Of a DNA stretch of 50,771 nucleotides, positions 1-9,236 are shown one piece after another. A model generated the notes under the pieces. That model made no database searches. It saw only the letters and a list, made by a program, of their open reading frames with translations, and was not told the origin of the DNA. The position numbers and the translations under genes were made by a program. How positions within the stretch are numbered: the first letter of the stretch is position 1; every line of letters starts with the position of its first letter. This stretch comes from Demequinaceae bacterium (GTDB taxonomy: Bacteria; Actinomycetota; Actinomycetes; Actinomycetales; JAJYRW01): contig DAHVRJ010000002.1 of the NCBI GenBank assembly GCA_027322505.1, forward strand, positions 1 through 50,771. Reading direction: 5' to 3'.

Positions 1-931
1 CAGTCAGTTTGAAGGAGCCAACTTGCAAAACCACTGACAGGGTGATGATGACAAACAGGCCACCGAGAATGGCCGCAAGGATTTCGGTGCGCGTCAGGAT
101 CGATATGCCTGCCAGCGCGCCGCCCAGGGCGAGGGAGCCGGTATCACCCATAAAGATTTTTGCCGGTGAGGCGTTCCACCATAAAAATCCGAAACACGAG
201 CCCATGATGGCGGCGGCCACGATGGCCAGATCGCGCGGGTCGCGCACCTCATAGCAACCCGGTCCAGCAGCTGAGAGCAGTTGACAGGACTGATTTGATT
301 GCCAGATTCCCACAACAACGTAGGCCGCAAACACCATGGATGAGGCCCCGGTGGCCAGTCCGTCCAGCCCGTCGGTCAGGTTTACCGCGTTGGACCAGGC
401 GGTGATCAAAAAGTTCGCCCACAGGACGAAAAGCACAATTGCCAGCCCGGCTCCGGCAAACGCTAGGTCGATGCTGGTATCTCGCACGAAGGAGATCGCG
501 GTCGATGCGGGGGTGCGGTAAAAACTGTTGGGGAATTGCAGGGCTAAAAGCGCAAATGTTATGCCAATAAGGCCCTGACCCAAGATTTTTCCGCGCGCGC
601 TTAAGCCCAGGCTGCGCTGTTTGGAAATTTTGATGAAGTCGTCAATAAAGCCCACCAAGCCCATTCCGCCCATTAAAAACAGGACGAGGAGGGCGGAAAT
701 ACCCGGGGAACGACCGGTAAAAATGTGGGCCGAGGCGTAGGCGATAAAGGTCGAGGCGATGATGACCGCCCCGCCCATTGTGGGTGTTCCGCGCTTGGTG
801 GAGTGCGAAGTGGGGCCGTCATCGCGGATGAATTGACCATAACCCCGACGCACGAGGAATCGAATAAAAAGCGGCGTAGCCAGGAGTGAGAAAACCAGGG
901 CAACGGAGGCCGATATCAAAATCGCCCGCAT
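1..931 (-). CDS. mraY: Phospho-N-acetylmuramoyl-pentapeptide transferase (3' end runs off the window)
   Basis: Not in the ORF track. Manual translation from ATG 931 gives [54 protein letters not shown] (MraY KxGTPTMGG signature); directly follows murF. Confidence 0.97.
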   Translation of the reverse strand, partial: MRAILISASVALVFSLLATPLFIRFLVRRGYGQFIRDDGPTSHSTKRGTPTMGGAVIIASTFIAYASAHIFTGRSPGISALLVLFLMGGMGLVGFIDDFIKISKQRSLGLSARGKILGQGLIGITFALLALQFPNSFYRTPASTAISFVRDTSIDLAFAGAGLAIVLFVLWANFLITAWSNAVNLTDGLDGLATGASSMVFAAYVVVGIWQSNQSCQLLSAAGPGCYEVRDPRDLAIVAAAIMGSCFGFLWWNASPAKIFMGDTGSLALGGALAGISILTRTEILAAILGGLFVIITLSVVLQVGSFKLT

Positions 932-2449
932 CTAGTTTTCCTCCCGTTTTCCGGCCAGTTCATCGCCCAGCCGCCACAGTCCCGTTCCGTTCGATGCTTT
1001 TAACAGCACCACATCTCCCGCTTTCAATTCCGCATCGAGCAGTCTTCGGGCTGCTGCAATGTCAGGTACGAAACGATAGTCCTCTTCGCGTGCTCCCTCA
1101 CGTAGGCCCGCGGATCTAATGCCGGCGGCCTCCTGGCCCACTGCTAGCAGGCGATCAATTTTATTTTGGACGGCGAGGCTCCCCACCCGCTCATGCGCTT
1201 GGGTTGCAGCCGGGCCCAGTTCGCGCATCTCACCCAAGACTGCCCAGGTGCGCCGGCCCTGCCCGATCCGGGCGAGTGTTTCGAGGGCGGACGCCATCGA
1301 CTCGGGATTGGCGTTGTACGCATCATGAATGATCGTCACCCCATCAAAGCGGTCGGTGACGGCCATGCGGCCCCCGCTTAGGGCCTGAGCGGCGTTTAAG
1401 CGCTCGGCAATCGTCGGCAGCGAAATTCCCAACTCGATCCCCACCGCGGCGGCGGCAGTGGCGTTCACGTACTGGTGGCCGCCGATGAGCTGTAACGCAA
1501 CGCGAACCGTTTCGCCCCCGTGCGATAAATCAAAACTCGCAGCGCCCGCGTCGCTGAGCGTGATGTTGGAACAGCGCACATCGACGCCGGCGTCATTACT
1601 GGTCCGGCTGGAATCTGCGCCGCGGTAATCGGCGCCCTGGCCGAAAAAGCGGACGGCGCGCCCGTGGGCCTGGTGGGCCATTGCCGCTACCCGCGGATCA
1701 TCAGCGTTGAGGATCGTGGTGCCACCTGGTTTTGTTCCCGTGACAAGTTCAGCTTTGGCTTGCGCAATGTGTTCGACGGACCCGAACTCGCCCAGGTGGG
1801 CTTGCCCGACGCCCAAAACCAGTGAAATATCAGGGGGCGCAATCTCGGTGAGGTAGTCCAGGTGTCCGATGCCGGCTGCGCCCATTTCGAGCACCAAAAA
1901 CCACGTGTCCGCATCCGCCCTTAGGACGGTCAGCGGCAGCCCAATTTCATTATTAAACGATCCAAGCGGGGCAATCGTTGAGGCAAGGGGCGAGATGATC
2001 TGGGAGATGAGGTCCTTCGTGGTGGTCTTACCTGCTGATCCGGTCAGTGCGATTACGCGCGTTTTTGGCAGGAGACGCAGCACGTGACGGGCCAGGCGGC
2101 CCAGGGCGTATTGCGTATCGGAAACAATTACGGCCGGGTAGTTGGTTGGTTTTGTGACCAGGGCTAAAGCCGCGCCGGCGTTAAAAGCATCGGCGAGAAA
2201 CTCGTGCCCGTCGTGGTGGTCTCCGGGCAGCGCAACGAAGAGTGAGCCGGGCTCAACTAGGCGAGAGTCAACCACGACGGAACCGGTGACGGTTATCTCC
2301 GGTGCCGGGGCTTTTGGGCTGGTGGCGGTCGGCACAGCATCGTTTGGGCTAGTGGCGGTCGGTCCCGCGGCTTTTATCTGGGCAGCGGGGGTTAATTCCC
2401 CGCCTACGGCTGCGGCTATCTCAGCCGCGGTGCAAGCGATCACAGCCAT
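932..2449 (-). CDS. murF: UDP-N-acetylmuramoyl-tripeptide--D-Ala-D-Ala ligase
   Basis: DSR..PG.LFVAL.G...DGH, TGSAGKTTTK P-loop, SFNNEIGLP, DAYNANPES, LKAS motifs; dcw position. Confidence 0.97.
   Translation of the reverse strand: MAVIACTAAEIAAAVGGELTPAAQIKAAGPTATSPNDAVPTATSPKAPAPEITVTGSVVVDSRLVEPGSLFVALPGDHHDGHEFLADAFNAGAALALVTKPTNYPAVIVSDTQYALGRLARHVLRLLPKTRVIALTGSAGKTTTKDLISQIISPLASTIAPLGSFNNEIGLPLTVLRADADTWFLVLEMGAAGIGHLDYLTEIAPPDISLVLGVGQAHLGEFGSVEHIAQAKAELVTGTKPGGTTILNADDPRVAAMAHQAHGRAVRFFGQGADYRGADSSRTSNDAGVDVRCSNITLSDAGAASFDLSHGGETVRVALQLIGGHQYVNATAAAAVGIELGISLPTIAERLNAAQALSGGRMAVTDRFDGVTIIHDAYNANPESMASALETLARIGQGRRTWAVLGEMRELGPAATQAHERVGSLAVQNKIDRLLAVGQEAAGIRSAGLREGAREEDYRFVPDIAAARRLLDAELKAGDVVLLKASNGTGLWRLGDELAGKREEN
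2313..2362. repeat. 30-bp-period in-frame tandem duplication in murF (PTATSP twice)
   Basis: tttgggctggtggcggtcgg at 2313 and tttgggctagtggcggtcgg at 2343. Confidence 0.85.
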
Positions 2450-4005
2450 CGCCTCGCCAACGCAGCGCGCAGCTCTTCCCGATCATCAAAATGGAACATT
2501 TCCCCGCGGACTTCCTGGGTGGTCTCATGGCCCTTGCCAACGAACAAAATCGTGTCCCGTTCATCAGCCAAGTCAGCGCACACGGCAACAGCATCGCGGC
2601 GCGAGTCTGATTCTAAAACGGTTTTATTTGGAATTGATTTCGCACCGCGCTTTACCTCAGCGCGGATGCTCGCTGGGTCCTCGAAACGGGGATTATCATC
2701 GGCAATCACGACCACATCAGCTGCCCGCGCCGCGGCCTCGCCCATGTAGAAGCGCTTGCCCTCGTCACGGTTTCCACCCGCGCCTACGGCCACAATCAGC
2801 CGCCCCGGTGTCAGGGGGCGCGCTGCCTGGGCGGCGGCGATAACCGAATCGGGCGCGTGAGCATAGTCAACTATCGCCAGCGGACCGGGTTCGCGCCCAA
2901 AAACATGTTCCATCCGACCCGGTACGCCCGGATATGAACCAATCGCTTGGGCCGCAACCTTGATCGGGACTCCCGCGCCATGGGCGAGCAAGATTGCCAG
3001 TGCGGCGTTGGTGACGTTAAACGCGCCGACGAGATGGGTTTCTACTGCGATTTCTATTTCTGGCCCAGCGAGTACGAACTTCGCCCCGACGTCCACGTCA
3101 CCGGCGGCGGTAAGGCGGGGCTGAATATTTTGCACCTGCCAAGTGGCCTCTTGCCCGTTGGTGCTCAGTGTCTCGACCGGCACGCCGGCCTCCCGCGCGG
3201 CGCGCACGCCCCAATCATCGTCTATGCACACGATGGCTCGATTGGTGAATTGCGGCTGCAAAAAGGCGAGTTTTGCTTGGAAATAACTTTCCATATCGCC
3301 GTGAAAGTCCAAGTGATCGCGCTGCAAATTAGTAAACGCTACGACCGTGAAATGGGAACCAGCAACCCGGTGGAGGCTCAAAGCGTGGGAGGAGACTTCC
3401 AGTGCTCCTGCGGCAATATGGCGCTGACGCATGAGTGCGAAGAATTCTTGTAATTCTGGAGCCTCTGCCGTGGTGCGCTCGGAAGTGATTTCTTCACTTC
3501 CGAGCCAGGTACCCACTGTGCCGCGCAGTGCGACTTCACCATAGTGGGCGCCAAGGGCAGCGGACACTAAAAAGGCAGTTGTAGTTTTCCCATTTGATCC
3601 AGTGATCCCCACCAGTTGCAAGTGGCGGGAGGGAGCTGCCATCAGTTGGTTGGCAATGGGACCAATTAGCGCGCGCGGCTTAGGTGAGACAACTACTGGC
3701 ACCTGCTGGAGAACTTGCCGGGCCTGCTCGCGCAAAAGCGCCAGGCCGCGCGCATCGGTCCAAATGGCCGCCGCCCCCGCGCTAACCGCGCCGGGGGCAA
3801 AATCGATCCCGTGACGCTGGTGGCCGGTGAGGGCGGCAAAAATGTCACCGCGGCGTACCGCGCGATTATCTAGCACGATTCCGGTGATCTGCGGGTCGCT
3901 GAAGGAAGGCTGCGCGGCGTAGTCACCGCGGAAGTCGCGTACCAAACGGCTCAGGGGAATTCCGACCTGCGGCCGATAGCGGGGATAGGGGGCAGCACTG
4001 GTCAC
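2440..4005 (-). CDS. murE: UDP-N-acetylmuramoyl-L-Ala-D-Glu--diamino acid ligase
   Basis: ITGSNGKTTT, EVSSH, FTNLQRDHLDFH, VDYAHAPD, DDNPR, GKGHE motifs. Confidence 0.97.
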   Translation of the reverse strand: MTSAAPYPRYRPQVGIPLSRLVRDFRGDYAAQPSFSDPQITGIVLDNRAVRRGDIFAALTGHQRHGIDFAPGAVSAGAAAIWTDARGLALLREQARQVLQQVPVVVSPKPRALIGPIANQLMAAPSRHLQLVGITGSNGKTTTAFLVSAALGAHYGEVALRGTVGTWLGSEEITSERTTAEAPELQEFFALMRQRHIAAGALEVSSHALSLHRVAGSHFTVVAFTNLQRDHLDFHGDMESYFQAKLAFLQPQFTNRAIVCIDDDWGVRAAREAGVPVETLSTNGQEATWQVQNIQPRLTAAGDVDVGAKFVLAGPEIEIAVETHLVGAFNVTNAALAILLAHGAGVPIKVAAQAIGSYPGVPGRMEHVFGREPGPLAIVDYAHAPDSVIAAAQAARPLTPGRLIVAVGAGGNRDEGKRFYMGEAAARAADVVVIADDNPRFEDPASIRAEVKRGAKSIPNKTVLESDSRRDAVAVCADLADERDTILFVGKGHETTQEVRGEMFHFDDREELRAALARRWL

Positions 4006-4012
4006 AAAATAA

Positions 4013-4018
4013 AACCTA
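4013..4018 (-). promoter_or_regulatory. Putative internal -10 element (TAGGTT) for a leaderless murE transcript
   Basis: TAnnnT hexamer 7 nt upstream of the GTG at 4005; no Shine-Dalgarno sequence. Confidence 0.45.
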
Positions 4019-4028
4019 CCCTGCCGGC

Positions 4029-5858
4029 CTATTCATAGGTACTTGGCAATAAATCAACGGAAGAACCATCGTGTGGGGCCACGCCCAGGTGCTGCAAAGA
4101 CGTGCTCATGACCTCGCTAAATACTGGTCCGGCCACCTGACTTCCCCATTTTCCTACCTGGGGGCGATGAATGATGACCGATACCGCCACTTTGGGGTCT
4201 TCAACTGGGGCAACACCGATAAAGGAGGCGGTAATACCGGAGTATCCTCCTTTTCCATCCGCTGCCTGGGCCGTACCGGTTTTCCCTCCCACGCGATAGC
4301 CGGGAACGGCGGCTTCCTTCCCGGTACCCACGTCAACTACCGACTCCAACATTTGGACCACGGTATTTGCGGTTTCCGGTGAGACGGCTTGGACGGTTTT
4401 AGGTTCGGGGGCGTCGTGATAGTTACCCTCGGCATCGGTCCAACCCTTGATGATGCGCGGTTCAACCCGTTTGCCGTCATTGGCCAGCGTGGCAAACACC
4501 TGATTTGCCTGCAGCGCCGTAACGGAAAGGCCCTGGCCAAAGAGAACGGCATAGCGGGTGCGCCCATCCCACTTATCAGGCTCGTGCAGGATGCCCCGCG
4601 ATTCTCCCGGCAGGCCCACTCCGGTCTTTTCACCAAATCCAAAAGCCCGCATGTAGTCATAGACTTGTTTTTTGCTTAGCTTCTCCCCCGCCATGATGGT
4701 GCCGACATTGGAAGAGCGTGACAAGATTCCCGTGAGCGTGAGTTTTTCCACACCGTGATCGGTTGCGTCTTTAAAACTTTCACCATTGGCCGCGGTGTAG
4801 CGGTCCGGAACCGAGAAGCGGCTATCTGGGGTGAACTTTCCCTCCTCTAACAGCGCGGCAACCGTAATCACTTTTGAAGTAGACCCCGGTTCTAAAACAT
4901 CGGAAACCGCACGCGAACCCCGCCCATCTGCGGCTGTTCCGGCCGGATCGTTCGGATCAACAGACCCGGAGTCCGCCAGCGCCAGAAGTTCGCCGGTCTC
5001 GACATCCTGGACTATTGCCACCGCGTACTCGGCCTGCTGTTTTTCTTTTTGTTCATCGACGATTTCTTGTATTTGCCATTGAAGATCTCGCTCGATGGTC
5101 AAGTGCATTGTCTCGCCCGGCACGGCCGGGGTAATCCGCTCCACACCCCCCGGAATTGCCACCCGGCTGGCGTCGCGTTCAAAGACGCGCTCCCCGTCTG
5201 TTCCGGTGAGTCGCTCATCCTGAATCAGTTCTAGACCACCCAGCGCCACGCCGTCCGAACCCAAAAAGCCGACTATATTTCCCGCTACGTTTCCAGCCGG
5301 ATAGATGCGCTCCTCGGTGCGTTCTGCGCTGACCCCACTGATGCGTAGCTCGCGCACTTGATCCCAGACCTCGGGGGTTATTCCGCGGGCAATGCGCACC
5401 CAGCGCTTTTCACCTATGAGCTGCAGTGCCAGTTCCTCGGCGTCTAAGTCAAGAATTGGGGCCAATAATTCGGCGGCGTCCAGCGGGCCTTCTGCCACAA
5501 CGCGTGAGCCGTCAGTTTTTTTGAATTTCTCGATCAGGGTTTGATCCACCACCACGTCATACCGCTCAACTGAAGTGGCGATGGGAACGCCATTGGCATC
5601 GACGATGTCCCCGCGCACCGCGTGCAGGGTGGAGCTGGACATGCGATCGCTTAACGCCTCTTCGGCCATTTCAGATCCATCGAGGGCCTGCACCTGCACG
5701 AGCCGGCCGCCCAGCACGAAAAGCAAAAGGAGAAAACCGCCCAGCACCCAGGCTTGCCGGCGCTCGGGACGTCCAATAATTTGCCGACCCGAGCGGGTGT
5801 TTTGGCGCGAAGAGCTGGGACGTCGCCCCGGATTGCGCGGGTTCTTCGACTTCGCCAC
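4029..5858 (-). CDS. ftsI: Class B penicillin-binding protein (septal transpeptidase PBP3)
   Basis: N-terminal TM, RGxIxD, EPGSTSK (SxxK), SSN, KTGTAQ motifs; follows ftsL. Confidence 0.95.
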   Translation of the reverse strand: MAKSKNPRNPGRRPSSSRQNTRSGRQIIGRPERRQAWVLGGFLLLLFVLGGRLVQVQALDGSEMAEEALSDRMSSSTLHAVRGDIVDANGVPIATSVERYDVVVDQTLIEKFKKTDGSRVVAEGPLDAAELLAPILDLDAEELALQLIGEKRWVRIARGITPEVWDQVRELRISGVSAERTEERIYPAGNVAGNIVGFLGSDGVALGGLELIQDERLTGTDGERVFERDASRVAIPGGVERITPAVPGETMHLTIERDLQWQIQEIVDEQKEKQQAEYAVAIVQDVETGELLALADSGSVDPNDPAGTAADGRGSRAVSDVLEPGSTSKVITVAALLEEGKFTPDSRFSVPDRYTAANGESFKDATDHGVEKLTLTGILSRSSNVGTIMAGEKLSKKQVYDYMRAFGFGEKTGVGLPGESRGILHEPDKWDGRTRYAVLFGQGLSVTALQANQVFATLANDGKRVEPRIIKGWTDAEGNYHDAPEPKTVQAVSPETANTVVQMLESVVDVGTGKEAAVPGYRVGGKTGTAQAADGKGGYSGITASFIGVAPVEDPKVAVSVIIHRPQVGKWGSQVAGPVFSEVMSTSLQHLGVAPHDGSSVDLLPSTYE

Positions 5859-6283
5859 TAGTCATCCGCCGATTCTGCCGCGGTGGGCACGCCAAGGATT
5901 TTTTCTTTGCCTAGGTCAATGAATGCGGTGTGGGGGCTGGGAATCATTCCCATATCTCGCGCTAATTTGGCTAGCTCCCCCGGCGACCCGGCGGCAACCA
6001 AAGACTCCTGAAGGGCCTGTTCGGTTTGTGCCATGCGCGCCAGCTGTACCTCGAGGTCATGGGCGTGGTAGGCGCCCCGCGCCATGGCCGTATTAAGCAC
6101 TAGCGCAATGAGGAGTGACCCCAAGAGCAAGCCGGCACACAGAAGCAAAAAAGGCGCCCGAGTACGTGAAACCATCGGCGCGGGTAGGACGCGCAAAATG
6201 GGAGGCGTGATTCGACCCGGGGCAGTAGCCGGAGAACTTCGCAGTGGCGCGGTATTTAGTTTTCGAGCGGGAGCGGCACTCAC
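5858..6283 (-). CDS. ftsL: Cell division protein FtsL-like
   Basis: Single TM, coiled coil and LAKLARDMGM motif; lies between rsmH and ftsI. Confidence 0.8.
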   Translation of the reverse strand: MSAAPARKLNTAPLRSSPATAPGRITPPILRVLPAPMVSRTRAPFLLLCAGLLLGSLLIALVLNTAMARGAYHAHDLEVQLARMAQTEQALQESLVAAGSPGELAKLARDMGMIPSPHTAFIDLGKEKILGVPTAAESADD

Positions 6284-7278
6284 TTCACACCTCCAAGACG
6301 GGAAACAGGTGTCGGACGAACGCGCTTAACTGCGCGCAAGCGCACCGGTTTGGCGCGCGGATTTTCTTCAATTTCTAACTCGGTGGCGCGCTCGGCCCCG
6401 CGGGTGAGCAACTTCAAATAGGGCTGTTGATCCGGGCGTACAACGGGCATATCCGGCGGAGCGCTGATTTCGCTGCCCCTGGCGAAAGACTGTTTGACAA
6501 TGCGGTCTTCCAGCGACTGATAAGACATCGCCACCAGGCGCCCACCGACGGCCAGCGCCGCAATGGCTGCTGGAATTGCGCGCTGTAAAACTTCCAGTTC
6601 GCTGTTAACCGCTACGCGCAGCGCCTGAAATGTGCGCTTGGCGGGATTTCCTCCGGTGCGGCGAGCGGCAGCCGGAATGGTGTCGCGGATCAGCGAAACT
6701 AACTCTTCACTGGTAGTGATAGGGCTTGTGGCGCGCTGCCGCACGATCGCACGAGCAATATGGGGCGCGAACTTTTCCTCGCCATAGCTGCGCATGATGC
6801 GTACCAGTTCGCGCTCATCAGCCGTCGCTAAAATGTCGGCTGCCGTGGCCTGCCGGGTATCGGTGGGATCCATCCGCATATCCAGGGGCGCAGCTTTGGC
6901 ATAGGAAAATCCGCGTTGGGCATCGTCTAACTGCATTGAAGAGACGCCTAGGTCAAAAAGCACACCTTCGACCGCGCTGCGGCCGCTGTGGGCCAGCGCT
7001 GCGGGAATTTCGTCGTAGGTGGCATGGATCGAAATGAAGCGCCCAGCGGCGCCGGCTCCCATCTGGCCAATCCGCTCTTGGGCGAGCTGAAGTGCCGCAG
7101 GGTCGCGGTCAATACCGATCACTGTGACGTTTTGAAAGGCGCTCAATAGCGCTGCGGTGTGGCCGCCGGCGCCCAGGGTCGCGTCTATAACCGTTGCCGA
7201 GCCCGGCGTGAGTGCCGGCCGCAGCAATTCCAAGCAGCGATCACGCAAAACCGGAATATGAGGTTGTGAAGAGTTCAC
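6280..7278 (-). CDS. rsmH: 16S rRNA m4C1402 methyltransferase (MraW)
   Basis: HIPVL, DATLGAGGH, DLGVSSMQLD..RGFSY, LDMRMD, FQALRVAVN, SLEDRIVK. Start moved to GTG 7278 because of AGGAG 7 nt upstream. Confidence 0.96.
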   Translation of the reverse strand: MNSSQPHIPVLRDRCLELLRPALTPGSATVIDATLGAGGHTAALLSAFQNVTVIGIDRDPAALQLAQERIGQMGAGAAGRFISIHATYDEIPAALAHSGRSAVEGVLFDLGVSSMQLDDAQRGFSYAKAAPLDMRMDPTDTRQATAADILATADERELVRIMRSYGEEKFAPHIARAIVRQRATSPITTSEELVSLIRDTIPAAARRTGGNPAKRTFQALRVAVNSELEVLQRAIPAAIAALAVGGRLVAMSYQSLEDRIVKQSFARGSEISAPPDMPVVRPDQQPYLKLLTRGAERATELEIEENPRAKPVRLRAVKRVRPTPVSRLGGVK

Positions 7279-7366
7279 CTCATTACTCCTTTCTTTGCTA
7301 GTGATCGGTTTTGTTGGTGATCGGTTGTTGTTGGTAACTGATGGTCGAGAGGCCCTCCACCGCCCG

Positions 7367-7416
7367 ACCAGGTCCCCCACCGACACCAGGTCCGGCGCCG
7401 GGGAAGGTGCGTCGGA
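7367..7416 (-). ncRNA. mraW RNA motif-like cis element (hairpin with CUUCCCC loop) in the rsmH leader
   Basis: Minus strand 7416-7391 reads UCCGACGCAC-CUUCCCC-GGCGCCGGA, followed by two GGACCUGGU copies. Position and loop fit the actinobacterial mraW RNA motif as I recall it; boundaries approximate. Confidence 0.7.
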
Positions 7417-7470
7417 ACTGATTTGCGGGAGGAGGCCTCGCCCTACGGAAATAGAGGGTGGACTCGGGTA

Positions 7471-7902
7471 CTAAAACAGGCCAGGTACCACCTCTTCGCC
7501 GATGTCGGAGAACTCTTGCTCGCGGTCGGCCAGGTAGGTTTCCCAGCTATTCAGATCCCAAATTTCCATGCGGGTTCCCGCTCCGATCACGGCTACCTCG
7601 CGCTCGAGACCGGCGTAGGTGCGCAAATTGGGTCCGATCGTCACCCGGCCCTGTTTATCCGGTTTGTCGTCGGAGGCGCCGGAAAGCATGATCCGTAAAT
7701 AGTCACGGGCTTGCTTGCTTGTGACGGGGGCTTGGCGCAATTGATCGTGGATGCGCTCAAATTCGGCAAAGGGGAAAACGTAGATGCATCGCTCCTGCCC
7801 CTTGGTCATGACAAGGCCCGTGGCCAACTGTTCGCGGAAGCGGGCTGGGAGGGTGAGCCGAAATTTATCGTCCAGGCGCGGATAGTGGGTGCCTAAAAAC
7901 AC
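7471..7902 (-). CDS. mraZ: Division/cell wall cluster transcriptional repressor
   Basis: [21 protein letters not shown] and DKQGRV..P.LR.YAGL...V.VIG.G.R.EIWD; 143 aa; first gene of dcw. Confidence 0.97.
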   Translation of the reverse strand: MFLGTHYPRLDDKFRLTLPARFREQLATGLVMTKGQERCIYVFPFAEFERIHDQLRQAPVTSKQARDYLRIMLSGASDDKPDKQGRVTIGPNLRTYAGLEREVAVIGAGTRMEIWDLNSWETYLADREQEFSDIGEEVVPGLF

Positions 7903-7956
7903 TGGGCCTCACCTCCACTTTCCGCCTTCACCGTCACTCCAGGGCCTTCCAAGTAT

Positions 7957-7988
7957 CCCCACTGTACTCCACTTCCCCCCACCGTCAA
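7957..7988 (-). promoter_or_regulatory. mraZ/dcw promoter with three MraZ-binding repeats
   Basis: Minus strand: TTGACG (-35), 16 nt, TACAGT (-10), overlapped by GTGGGG-ggaa-GTGGAG-taca-GTGGGG (10-bp period, matching known MraZ binding repeats). Confidence 0.8.
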
Positions 7989-8043
7989 CACATTTGGCGC
8001 CCTTTATTGCGGCGCGGCGCAGTAAAAGCCCATGTCAGAGGCG

Positions 8044-8059
8044 GTGGGGCAAAGTGGGG
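8044..8059 (+). promoter_or_regulatory. MraZ-type repeat pair on the + strand
   Basis: GTGGGG-caaa-GTGGGG, 10-bp period, opposite orientation to the mraZ-proximal set. Confidence 0.45.
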
Positions 8060-8187
8060 AGGAAATTGCGATGAACTTGACGCAGTGGGAATTCTGACCG
8101 CGTTTTTCGAGCGCGAGCGCGGTAAACGGACCGTTTTCTCGCTCGAAGCCGCAAAATTGCAGCGGCAAAAACGCTTGCAAGCCCAAA

Positions 8188-8209
8188 GTGGGGGAAAGTG
8201 GAATACCTT
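8188..8209 (+). promoter_or_regulatory. MraZ-type repeat pair abutting the putative leaderless -10 of moxR
   Basis: GTGGGG-gaaa-GTGGAA directly followed by TACCTT, 6 nt before GTG 8216. Confidence 0.45.
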
Positions 8210-8215
8210 AGGAGC

Positions 8216-9220
8216 GTGACTACTTCTGCTGCGTTCTCAACACTTCCCGATGAGAGTGAACTCATCGAATTGGCCGATAACTCCCGCGCGCTGCGCTCGG
8301 CTGTCGCGCAAGCCCTCAGCGGGAAAGAAGATGTGATTGAGACCACCGTGGCTGTTTTGTTAGCGCGCGGACACTTACTTTTAGAAGACGTACCCGGTGT
8401 CGGCAAGACCACTTTGGCGACCGCTTTGGCACAGGCACTGCAGTTCACTGTTTCGCGTATTCAGTTCACCCCGGACATGTTGCCCAGCGATCTAACGGGG
8501 GTAAATATTTACCGATCGGAACAGGCAGACTTTGAATTCCGCCCCGGCCCCCTGTTTGCGCAGATCGTTATTGGCGATGAGGTAAATCGGGCCTCACCCA
8601 AAACGCAATCGGCCCTTTTAGAGTGCATGCAAGAAGGCCAGGTCACAGCCGATGGGGAAAGCTACGCCCTGCCGGAGCCGTTTTTTGTTATTGCTACCCA
8701 AAATCCTCTCGAGATGGAGGGAACTTATCCGCTGCCGGAGGCCCAGCGCGATCGCTTCATGGCGCGCATTGCCATGGGATATCCCGATCCAAGCGATGAA
8801 GTAGCCATGCTGGATATGCACGAAGCATCGGATGTGGCCAGCGATATCCAGCCGGTACTGAACGCCGAAGACGTGCAGCGCATGAGCAAAACAGCTGCTT
8901 CCATATACACTGCGCCACTGCTGAAGCAGTACGTGATTGACCTAGTAAATGCCACGCGCCACCACGTAGATTTACGCCTGGGTGCCTCACCGCGCGCAGC
9001 AATTCAACTGGTGCAAATGGCCCGAGTCAAGGCCGCCATGGCCGGACGCAACCATGTTCTGCCGCAAGATGTCCAAGAGCTCGTCTTACCGGTTCTGGGT
9101 CATCGAATAATCACAAAAGCCTCAGCCAGCCGAGACGATATGGCCGCAGAAGTGCTCAACCAGGTGCTCAACTCCGTCCCCGTGCGAATTGACAGTTCCG
9201 CTCTCGTCGAGCCGCAATAA
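8216..9220 (+). CDS. MoxR-family AAA+ ATPase
   Basis: HLLLEDVPGVGKT, RIQFTPDMLPSD, DEVNRASPKTQSALLE, ATQNP.EMEGTYPLPEAQRDRF, GASPRA. Start 8216 or 8198. Confidence 0.93.
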   Translation: MTTSAAFSTLPDESELIELADNSRALRSAVAQALSGKEDVIETTVAVLLARGHLLLEDVPGVGKTTLATALAQALQFTVSRIQFTPDMLPSDLTGVNIYRSEQADFEFRPGPLFAQIVIGDEVNRASPKTQSALLECMQEGQVTADGESYALPEPFFVIATQNPLEMEGTYPLPEAQRDRFMARIAMGYPDPSDEVAMLDMHEASDVASDIQPVLNAEDVQRMSKTAASIYTAPLLKQYVIDLVNATRHHVDLRLGASPRAAIQLVQMARVKAAMAGRNHVLPQDVQELVLPVLGHRIITKASASRDDMAAEVLNQVLNSVPVRIDSSALVEPQ

Positions 9221-9236
9221 AACAAAAAGAGCGCAA

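Noticed and set aside
7279-7386. 36-aa N-terminal extension of RsmH in the ORF track
   Set aside because: It overlaps the mraW-like RNA leader, and a good RBS precedes GTG 7278.
8033-8054. TGTCAGAGG in the mraZ-moxR gap, resembling the PafBC element
   Set aside because: The hexamer after the 10-nt spacer is GCAAAG, not TAnnnT.
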